Source: Acholeplasmataceae bacterium
GTDB lineage: Bacteria > Bacillota_I > Bacilli_A > Acholeplasmatales > Acholeplasmataceae
Direction of reading: 5' to 3'
Length of the DNA: 46,861 bases
Assembly: GCA_028690555.1 (NCBI GenBank)
Contig: JAQVBA010000002.1
Coordinates: forward strand, 1-46,861
The notes beneath the pieces are model-generated. The model was not told where the DNA came from. It saw only the letters and a list, made by a program, of their open reading frames with translations, and ran no database searches. Each line of letters opens with the position of its first letter. The stretch's first letter is position 1. The translations under genes and the position numbers were made by a program. This document shows, piece by piece, positions 40,450 through 46,861 of this stretch.

Positions 40450-41748
40450 ATGATAGCAAGAACAAAATATATTCCAGATGGTAAAAAACATCTTAAAGAA
40501 TTACCAATCTTGCATTACCTTGATGCAGAATATTTATATTATCCTGTGACAAGTGCGCGTTGTCCAGAAGGGGAAACGTGCGTTAGAGGTGGCCAATTTG
40601 TTAAAGTTGGAGAAGTTATCGGAACAAGAAAAGGTGCATTCTTCGAACAACCAATGCATGCCACAGTAAGTGGAGAAGTTGTGGGTTATGAAAATCACAT
40701 TGATCAAAGTGGTAAAGTTGTTAACTGTTTAATCGTTAAAAACGATAAAAAGTATGAACTTCATGAATCCATTGTGGATCGTACCGATGAAGAAATTGAC
40801 GCTTTAACAAAACAAGAGTATGTTGAAATTGTTAAAGAAGCTGGATTAGTAGGACTTGGAGGAAGTGCATTCCCAAGTTATATTAAACTCGATTCAAAAG
40901 ATCCAATTGATGTTGTCATCGCAAACGGTGTTGAATGTGAGCCTAATCTAATCAGTGATTATGGTCTCATGATGACCAGTCCTGAGATGGTGATTCGCGG
41001 ATTAATTTATGCGATGAAAGCTTCAGGAGCTAAACGCGGTGTGATTGCCATTAAGAAGAAATATGTTGAACTTTATGAACGCTTGAGTTTCAAGCTTAAA
41101 GAATTCCCAAATGAAAATATCGAAGTGATTAACGTTGGCAATTATTATCCACAAGGATGGGAACTTGCAATGATTAAAGAAGCCTTAAAGATTAAAATTC
41201 CTCAAGGCAAATTACTTTCAAAATATGGCGTTTTAAACTTTAACGTTTCAACTTTAGCAAGTATTTATATGGCTGTTAAAAAGAGACTTCCAGTTTTAGA
41301 AAGATTCATCACATTTAGTGGTGATGGCATTCATAATAAAACGTTTAGAGCACGTATTGGTACATTAATGACCAATCTTATTGAACTTGCTGGTGGTTAT
41401 ATCGATGAAGAAAAACCTAAAGTACTCATATTAGGTGGACCGATGATGGGAACGAACATTAATCGTGATGATATCGTGATGACGCATACGACAACAAGTT
41501 TGATTGTTATGAATGAAGAAATCGTGAAAGAAGAACCATGTGTACACTGTGCTTCATGTGTGTATTCTTGCCCGGTTCAAATTCAGCCAGTTCAAATTAT
41601 GAACGCTTATAAAGTTCGTGATAAAGATGCGTTAAAGATGCTTGAGGTTAGTAAGTGTATTGAATGTGGATTGTGCTCCTATGTATGTCCATCGAAGATT
41701 CACTTAACCGAATATATGCGTTCTGGTAAACGCTTTGCTAGTAAATAG
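40450..41748 (+). CDS. rnfC: Rnf complex subunit C (NADH/FMN-binding, 2x[4Fe-4S])
   Basis: 432 aa. It has an RnfC N-terminal barrel region, GLVGLGGSAFPSYIK (51-kDa-like nucleotide/FMN site), and two ferredoxin motifs CVHCASCVYSCP and CIECGLCSYVCP. It starts 3 nt after the glyA stop, with its RBS (AAGGGAG) inside glyA. Confidence 0.9.
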   Translation: MIARTKYIPDGKKHLKELPILHYLDAEYLYYPVTSARCPEGETCVRGGQFVKVGEVIGTRKGAFFEQPMHATVSGEVVGYENHIDQSGKVVNCLIVKNDKKYELHESIVDRTDEEIDALTKQEYVEIVKEAGLVGLGGSAFPSYIKLDSKDPIDVVIANGVECEPNLISDYGLMMTSPEMVIRGLIYAMKASGAKRGVIAIKKKYVELYERLSFKLKEFPNENIEVINVGNYYPQGWELAMIKEALKIKIPQGKLLSKYGVLNFNVSTLASIYMAVKKRLPVLERFITFSGDGIHNKTFRARIGTLMTNLIELAGGYIDEEKPKVLILGGPMMGTNINRDDIVMTHTTTSLIVMNEEIVKEEPCVHCASCVYSCPVQIQPVQIMNAYKVRDKDALKMLEVSKCIECGLCSYVCPSKIHLTEYMRSGKRFASK

Positions 41749-41759
41749 GAGGAAATGAT

Positions 41760-42836
41760 ATGCAAACAGTAAAACAAACAAGTCCTTATATTCGTAAAGC
41801 CGTTTCGACCAAACGAATGATGACGGATGTATTAATTGCATTATTACCTGTCACCGCTTTTGCGATTTATCGCTTTGGATTTGATGCGATTATAAGAATT
41901 ATCGTATCACTTGTTGTGATGATAGGTTTAGAAGCTTTAGCATTTGGCATGATGCATAAGCCAAAAAAAGATGGAACTAAAATCGAAAAAATCAAATCAA
42001 GATATGCAGAGTTTTCAATAAACAATGTGATTACTCCTGCAATTAGTGGTTTGATTTTTGCAATGATTATTCCATCTAAATTACCAATTTATGCTGTGAT
42101 TGTTGGTGCAGCTTTCGGTATTATCGTTGGGAAAATGTTATTTGGCGGATTAGGATCAAATATCTTCAATCCTGCTGCAGTTGGCCGTATATTTATTACA
42201 TTGGCTTTAACTCCGATGTTTACAGGAACTTATGTTGGTGTTGATTTAGTTGCAGGCAGTACAGCACTTTCAACTTTGCGCAGTGGTTTAGGATTCCCTG
42301 GTGTTTTAAATAGTTATCCATTGATGGACATGTTTATGGGCTTCACACCTGGTGCCATGGGGGAAATTAGTGCTCTAGCAATTTTAATTGGTGGCGTATA
42401 CTTATTAATTCGTCGATCAGCAGATTATAGAGTCGTACTCTCTGCGTTTTTAACATTCATAGTTTTAATTGGTTTAGCCGGTTTGAGATTATATCCTGAT
42501 CAAATCTTATCTTACACATTAATGCATTTATTATCTGGCGGTTTAATGTTTGGATTCATCTTCATGATTACTGACCCAGTGACATCACCAGTAACTCGTC
42601 CAGGACGATTTGCATATGGTGCGTTAGTTGCCGTATTGGTTGTACTCATTCGTTTATTTGGATCTTATCCAGAAGGTGTTGCATTTGCAATATTATTTAT
42701 GAACATGTTTGTTCCATTGATTGACTATCCAAAATGGTCAACCAATAAAGTGAAACCTGTATTTATCGCAAGTTACGTCGTGGGCTTAATTGTCTTTGGC
42801 CTCGTCGTATTCTTTGGTGTAGGAGGTAGTGTATAA
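41760..42836 (+). CDS. rnfD: Rnf complex subunit D (polytopic, NqrB-like)
   Basis: 358 aa with ~9-10 TM helices. Motifs are NIFNPAAVGR and TDPVTSP. A candidate flavinylation-type segment DLVAGST lies at codons 162-168 (nt 42243-42263). Confidence 0.9.
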   Translation: MQTVKQTSPYIRKAVSTKRMMTDVLIALLPVTAFAIYRFGFDAIIRIIVSLVVMIGLEALAFGMMHKPKKDGTKIEKIKSRYAEFSINNVITPAISGLIFAMIIPSKLPIYAVIVGAAFGIIVGKMLFGGLGSNIFNPAAVGRIFITLALTPMFTGTYVGVDLVAGSTALSTLRSGLGFPGVLNSYPLMDMFMGFTPGAMGEISALAILIGGVYLLIRRSADYRVVLSAFLTFIVLIGLAGLRLYPDQILSYTLMHLLSGGLMFGFIFMITDPVTSPVTRPGRFAYGALVAVLVVLIRLFGSYPEGVAFAILFMNMFVPLIDYPKWSTNKVKPVFIASYVVGLIVFGLVVFFGVGGSV

Positions 42837-43801
42837 TGAAAGAATTTTTCAAAAAACCTCTGGTTCATTACACAACAGTTTTAACAATCGTCGCGATCAT
42901 CTGTGGTCTATTAATCGGTGGAGTTAATGCAATTACTGCACCAGTGATTAAACAAAATGAAATAGATGCTCAAAACAAGTCTTACCAAGAAGTATTGCCT
43001 GCTGGAGAAACATTTGAAGTGATTGAACTTGATAATGCACCAGCATCAATTACGACTGCAGTTAAAGGTTTAGATAGTTCTAATCAAGTGGTTGGCTACA
43101 TTTATATCGCATCTGGTACAAATAAACATGGATCGATGACAATCGCGATTAGTATTGATGCACAAGGTAAAGTTTTAGGTGCACAATTTGTGAGCATTCA
43201 ACAAACTTTAAATGTTGAAGGAACTCGTTTTAATCTTTCACTATTTGTGGGAACTCAAATTAGCGCACTTGCTCCGGATGGTGATTTAGTCAGTGGTGTA
43301 ACAAACAGTTTGAATACTGTTAGAGCGTTATTAACTGATGTCGCAACAGTCCATGCAGAAGTTGCAGATGTCCCACTTGATCCTTACACTGTCATGTTCG
43401 GTGAAGGATTCACTAAGGAAGTTGATAGTTCATTTGTAGCAACCGAATATGTTAAATCAAAAGAACTTGTTAAAGACTCAAATGGAACCGATATTGCTTT
43501 CCTATACAAGTTAAATGGATTTGGCATTTATAATAGTGAATCTACTGAAGAAAAAGATATAACACTTTATGTTGGTGTTGATAATGATGGTAAAATTTTA
43601 GGTATTGTTGTACCTGCTGATGAATATCATCATACAGGTGGTGGGTTATATACAAACACAGTAACATTCCTTGAAATTTATGCAAACACCATGTTAAGTG
43701 ATGTTGAAACTACAGGTGCTGACTTAACTTCAGGAGCAACTAATTCCAAGAATTTGGCAAATCAACTTATGGCAGCATTGAAGGAGGTTGTTCTCGGATG
43801 A
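42836..43801 (+). CDS. rnfG: RnfG-like subunit, paralogue 1: TM anchor plus two tandem FMN-binding-type modules
   Basis: 321 aa, against ~180-210 aa for usual RnfG. It has an N-terminal anchor (TVLTIVAIICGLLIGGV) and VLP. Module 1 ends in DLVSGVT (nt 43283-43303). Module 2 has HHTGGG and ends in the canonical DLTSGAT (nt 43721-43741). There is a TAATG overlap with rnfD. Confidence 0.8.
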   Translation: MKEFFKKPLVHYTTVLTIVAIICGLLIGGVNAITAPVIKQNEIDAQNKSYQEVLPAGETFEVIELDNAPASITTAVKGLDSSNQVVGYIYIASGTNKHGSMTIAISIDAQGKVLGAQFVSIQQTLNVEGTRFNLSLFVGTQISALAPDGDLVSGVTNSLNTVRALLTDVATVHAEVADVPLDPYTVMFGEGFTKEVDSSFVATEYVKSKELVKDSNGTDIAFLYKLNGFGIYNSESTEEKDITLYVGVDNDGKILGIVVPADEYHHTGGGLYTNTVTFLEIYANTMLSDVETTGADLTSGATNSKNLANQLMAALKEVVLG

Positions 43802-44778
43802 AAAAAGAAAATTTATGGTTATTAATTAATACTGGAATTATGCTTGTTATTGGTATCGTTTTAGTTATTGTGGCAAATACCGTAATTCCAAAAGAACCTA
43901 AAGATCGTCTCTTCAATCAAGTGATTCAACTTGAAAACCAAGAAACAGTTGAAGGCGTTCCAGCAGGTAGTAGTTATGCAACTATTGATTACAAAGCTGA
44001 CGCTGTATCGAGATCCGGTGATGTTTTAGGAACTGTTTATAATGTAAAGGTTAGAAATGGTTACAAACTCTCAGCTGATGATACAAGTGGATATATTGAA
44101 TTACTTATTGCCATCGACGAAAATGATTTAGTCTTTGTTGAAATTGTGGTTCTTAATCAATCAAACTGGACCGTTAAAGGCATTCAAAACTATATCGTTG
44201 AATATTATGATGGTGTTCTACTTGAACAAATCGAAAAATTCCCAGCATACGATGCTGCTGATTTAGAAGCAGGAGCAACCGCTGTGGATAGTACAGGAAC
44301 AATTAAGAATCTGATTATTAGAACTTTAAAAGTACATTTTAATATTCAAGATGATCCATATATTGATTATTTCGGTGAAGGTTACACATTAGAAGATGAT
44401 GCTACATTTATTCCGACAGAACATGTCATCTACAAGCAAAATGTGAAAGATTCATCTGGTAATGATGCGGGAACAATCTATGAATTAGAAGGTACTGGAG
44501 AATATTTAGGATATGATGGCATTTCATCTGGATCCATCACAATGTATGTTTTATTTGATGAAAATGCAGAAATCATTTCAATTCTTATGCCAGATTCACT
44601 CTATGGGCATACTGCAGGATTTAAAGCAAGAAATGATGCGTACTTAAATGAATTTATCGGATTAACTATTTTAGAAATTCAAGCAGTTATCGATGAAAAT
44701 GTTGATTTGAAAACTGGTGCGACAGGATCTAGAGCACTTATTGATATATTGCTAGCTGCACTAAGTGAGGTGAACTAA
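43798..44778 (+). CDS. rnfG: RnfG-like subunit, paralogue 2: TM anchor plus two tandem FMN-binding-type modules
   Basis: 326 aa with the anchor LLINTGIMLVIGIVLVIVA. Module 1 ends in DLEAGAT (nt 44260-44280). Module 2 (GHTAGF) ends in DLKTGAT (nt 44704-44724). It is clearly paralogous to the preceding gene; compare DPYTVMFGEGFTKE with DPYIDYFGEGYTLE. There is an ATGA overlap with paralogue 1. Confidence 0.8.
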   Translation: MKKENLWLLINTGIMLVIGIVLVIVANTVIPKEPKDRLFNQVIQLENQETVEGVPAGSSYATIDYKADAVSRSGDVLGTVYNVKVRNGYKLSADDTSGYIELLIAIDENDLVFVEIVVLNQSNWTVKGIQNYIVEYYDGVLLEQIEKFPAYDAADLEAGATAVDSTGTIKNLIIRTLKVHFNIQDDPYIDYFGEGYTLEDDATFIPTEHVIYKQNVKDSSGNDAGTIYELEGTGEYLGYDGISSGSITMYVLFDENAEIISILMPDSLYGHTAGFKARNDAYLNEFIGLTILEIQAVIDENVDLKTGATGSRALIDILLAALSEVN

Positions 44779-44779
44779 C

Positions 44780-45469
44780 ATGACTGATGCTAAAAAAGTT
44801 CCAGCTAAAAAAACAGCTGAAAAAAATGAAGATTCTCTTTTAAATATTTTCACCAAAGGTATTTGGAAAGAAAATGGCATTTTCGTGATGGTTCTTGGTA
44901 TGTGTCCTGCGCTTGCGGTGACATCGACATTTGAAGGTGCATTTGGAATGGGAATTCTTGTGTTCTTAGTGCTCACCATGACTAACATATCCGTCTCAGC
45001 TATTAGAAAACTAGTGCCAAACACAGTGAGAATTCCTGTATACATTATTATTATTGCAACTGAAGTAACCGTTATTAAGATGTTGGTTGATGCATTTGCA
45101 CCTGCACTTGCTGCTGAACTTGGTGTATTCATTGCTTTAATTACAGTGAACTGTGTTGTCTTCGGGCGTGCAGAATCATTCGCTTCTAAAAATACAGTCA
45201 TTAAATCAGCACTTGATGGTATGGGAGTTGCTGTTGGATTTGCGTTAGCCTTAGTCATCATTGGATTCTTTAGAGAATTCTTTGGAACTGGCATGATTCA
45301 ATTAGGGAAAATATTACCTCTTGGTTTTGAATATGCTGTATTAGGAAATGCGGGATTAGACAAATATGCATTCTCTGTACTCGTTCAACCTCCAGGAGCA
45401 TTCTTAGTAATTGGATTTATCTTAGCAGTAATTGTAGCTATAAGACAAGCAAAGGGGGCTAAGAAATAA
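44780..45469 (+). CDS. rnfE: Rnf complex subunit E (NqrD-like)
   Basis: 229 aa and polytopic. Conserved Cys contexts are VLGMCPALAVT and ITVNCVVFGRAE. Confidence 0.9.
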   Translation: MTDAKKVPAKKTAEKNEDSLLNIFTKGIWKENGIFVMVLGMCPALAVTSTFEGAFGMGILVFLVLTMTNISVSAIRKLVPNTVRIPVYIIIIATEVTVIKMLVDAFAPALAAELGVFIALITVNCVVFGRAESFASKNTVIKSALDGMGVAVGFALALVIIGFFREFFGTGMIQLGKILPLGFEYAVLGNAGLDKYAFSVLVQPPGAFLVIGFILAVIVAIRQAKGAKK

Positions 45470-46041
45470 TGAACTTAATTGCAATTTTAATTTCCGCGAT
45501 GATTGTTAATAACATCGTGTTGATGCAGTTCTTAGGCCTTTGTTCATTCTTTGGTGTTTCCACTAAGATGAAATCTGTTGTGGGTATGGGGGCAGCGGTT
45601 ATCGTCGTTATTTTCCTATCTGCAGCCATTACATTTCCACTCTATAAATTTGTATTAATTCCATTAAAAATTGAATACATTGATACAATCGCATTTATTC
45701 TAGTTATCGCATCACTCGTTCAGTTGACTGAATTAGTGATTAAGCGTTTTTCCCAAAGTTTATATAAAGCACTTGGGGTTTATCTTCCATTAATCGCGAC
45801 CAACTGTGCCGTACTTGGTGTTGCTTTAACAAACATCACTATTGATCAAACATATGTTGAGGCTTTATTTAATGCACTTGGCGGCGGAATGGGTTATGCA
45901 TTCATTATCATCACTTTCACAGCCATTCGCATGCGTTTAGATTCAGCAAGTGTTCCTAAAGCACTAAAGGGTATGCCTATTGCGCTAGTAACTGCTGGGC
46001 TTATGGCGTTAGCATTTATGGGATTGGCAGGTATCATCTAA
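45469..46041 (+). CDS. rnfA: Rnf complex subunit A (NqrE-like)
   Basis: 190 aa and polytopic. Conserved Cys contexts are FLGLCSFFGVS and LIATNCAVLGVAL. There is a TAATG overlap with rnfE. Confidence 0.9.
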   Translation: MNLIAILISAMIVNNIVLMQFLGLCSFFGVSTKMKSVVGMGAAVIVVIFLSAAITFPLYKFVLIPLKIEYIDTIAFILVIASLVQLTELVIKRFSQSLYKALGVYLPLIATNCAVLGVALTNITIDQTYVEALFNALGGGMGYAFIIITFTAIRMRLDSASVPKALKGMPIALVTAGLMALAFMGLAGII

Positions 46042-46253
46042 TGTGGACAAGTTATTTAATTTTAATTGGAATCATTTCAGGATTCATTGGTCTCTATATG
46101 CTTACGATGCATTTAAATAAAAAAATAGCCGTTCCAGAAAGTTGTAAAGCAGCCTATTTAGAAGCCCAATCTTGCGAATCTTGTGCTTCTCGAGGCGGAG
46201 GCTGTGGTTTTAGTGACGCCATTGAATTTATGAAGGAGGTAAAACCAGAATGA
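46041..46253 (+). CDS. Small single-TM Cys-rich protein (NqrM-like architecture) embedded in the rnf operon
   Basis: 70 aa. One TM helix (YLILIGIISGFIGLYMLTM) and a basic patch are followed by C35-x9-C45-x2-C48-x6-C55 (ESCKAAYLEAQSCESCASRGGGCGF). The start overlaps the rnfA stop (TAATG) and the stop overlaps the rnfB start (ATGA). That coupling argues it is a real, co-translated gene. Confidence 0.6.
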   Translation: MWTSYLILIGIISGFIGLYMLTMHLNKKIAVPESCKAAYLEAQSCESCASRGGGCGFSDAIEFMKEVKPE

Positions 46254-46567
46254 CATTACTCTATCCTTTCATCGTCCTTGGTGGACTAGGTATCATTCTT
46301 GGAGTTGTTTTATCATTAGCTAATCAATATCTAACAGTAAAAGAAGATCCGAGAATTGATGACATTGAAAAATTATTACCTAATTATAATTGTGGCGCAT
46401 GTGGAACTCCGGGTTGCCGTGCATTTGCAACAGGTATTGTTGAAGGTGAAGTCAAAAATTTATCAAGATGTAAACCAGGTAAAGTAGATAAACATTATAA
46501 TCCTATTTTAGAGTATTTAAAGGACCATCCAAATCCGGATGGATCACATATTGATGTGAAGATTTAG
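46250..46567 (+). CDS. rnfB: Minimal RnfB: TM helix plus N-terminal RnfB-type Fe-S domain only (no ferredoxin-type domains)
   Basis: 105 aa with the TM helix LYPFIVLGGLGIILGVVLSL. LPNYNCGACGTPGCRAFATGIVEGEVKNLSRCKPG gives C-x2-C-x4-C-x17-C, the RnfB N-terminal cluster motif. The protein has only these four Cys and no CxxCxxCxxxCP motif. A strong AAGGAGG RBS is present, and a hairpin plus T-run follows the stop. Confidence 0.8.
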   Translation: MTLLYPFIVLGGLGIILGVVLSLANQYLTVKEDPRIDDIEKLLPNYNCGACGTPGCRAFATGIVEGEVKNLSRCKPGKVDKHYNPILEYLKDHPNPDGSHIDVKI

Positions 46568-46589
46568 GACATTCATTGTCCTTTTCTTT
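46566..46589 (+). terminator. Probable terminator at the end of the rnf operon
   Basis: AGGACA (46566-46571), loop TTCAT, TGTCCT (46577-46582), then TTTCTTT. The stem is short, at 6 bp. Confidence 0.5.
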
Positions 46590-46625
46590 ACAAATTTTAA
46601 GTTTATAAATGAAAAAGAGGTTTTT

Positions 46626-46861
46626 ATGAAAAAATTTATATTTATACCTATATTAATCTTTATGTCTTTTATATTAATCGCATGTCAAGAAAAGGTCACA
46701 CCTATCAAAGTGACTTTTAGCGATTATATGTATACGTTCATATCGATTGATATTAAGCAAGCACCACAAGACATGGAAGAAGAAATAAAAGAAAACCTCG
46801 AACAAATTTTTCGTATGTATCATGAATTAGCGACTAATGAGGACCCTCTTCCTGAAGATTC
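46626..46861 (+). CDS. Lipoprotein, possible ApbE-family FAD:protein FMN transferase (5' part; continues beyond the window end)
   Basis: Absent from the track because it runs off the window. AAAAAGAGG lies upstream of the ATG at 46626. The product reads MKKFIFIPILIFMSFILIAC|QEKVTPIKVTFSDYMYTFISIDIKQ...IFRMYHELATNE. The lipobox LIAC is clear. The segment after the lipobox resembles the start of ApbE domains (an F.DT.I.I block followed by a helix). That match and the location after the rnf genes are the only support for the ApbE call. Confidence 0.4.
   Translation, partial: MKKFIFIPILIFMSFILIACQEKVTPIKVTFSDYMYTFISIDIKQAPQDMEEEIKENLEQIFRMYHELATNEDPLPED

Noticed and set aside
44761-45294. 177-aa ORF antisense to rnfE
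   Set aside because: It is the shadow frame of a conserved polytopic membrane gene. Its Ala/Thr/Ser/Pro-rich translation simply mirrors the hydrophobic codons of rnfE, and no start context is present.
35251-46567. Reading fhs + folD + glyA + rnf as a Wood-Ljungdahl (acetogenic) gene cluster
   Set aside because: No CODH/ACS, methylene-THF reductase, methyltransferase or corrinoid protein genes occur in the window. fhs, folD and glyA are common housekeeping C1 genes, and the RnfB here lacks the ferredoxin-binding module that acetogens rely on.

Overview
This is the replication-origin neighbourhood of a low-GC chromosome that looks Bacillota- or Mollicutes-like. It uses the standard genetic code: TGA acts as a stop, for example at recF and at the first rnfG. 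All calls come from reading the sequence and ORF track and recognising motifs. No database search was run.

Layout:
- (1) 1-6.06 kb, minus strand: asnS (partial, behind a T-box leader), rmuC, a membrane-anchored permuted-papain-like protein, jag/khpB, a long lipoprotein-type yidC, rnpA and rpmH.
- (2) 6.06-7.87 kb: a bipartite DnaA-box origin flanking dnaA. Gene orientation switches strand here.
- (3) 7.87-14.9 kb, plus strand: dnaN, yaaA, recF, gyrB, gyrA.
- (4) 15-20.4 kb: an envelope and lipid-carrier group. It holds an LtaS-type sulfatase-fold transferase, a DUF1361-like membrane protein, uppP (minus), a DUF368-type membrane protein and galU.
- (5) 20.4-24.4 kb: T-box plus serS, an OmpR/HisKA two-component pair, and a HIT protein (minus).
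- (6) 24.5-35.2 kb: pduL and an HD-domain hydrolase, then the Bacillus-like ori-proximal run rnmV-rsmA-ispE-spoVG-prs-pth-mfd and an aminotransferase.
- (7) 35.2-40.4 kb: one-carbon and folate genes (fhs, folD, glyA) interleaved with ppa and yebC.
- (8) 40.45-46.86 kb: an Rnf-type membrane redox operon, followed by an ApbE-like lipoprotein that runs off the window.

The Rnf operon is the most unusual part of the window. Instead of one RnfG it has two tandem RnfG paralogues, each with two FMN-binding modules. A 70-aa Cys-rich single-helix protein is translationally coupled between rnfA and rnfB. The rnfB itself is only 105 aa and lacks every ferredoxin-type domain.

I saw no rRNA, tRNA, CRISPR array, transposase, integrase or prophage signature. 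The rest of the window is conserved housekeeping content.
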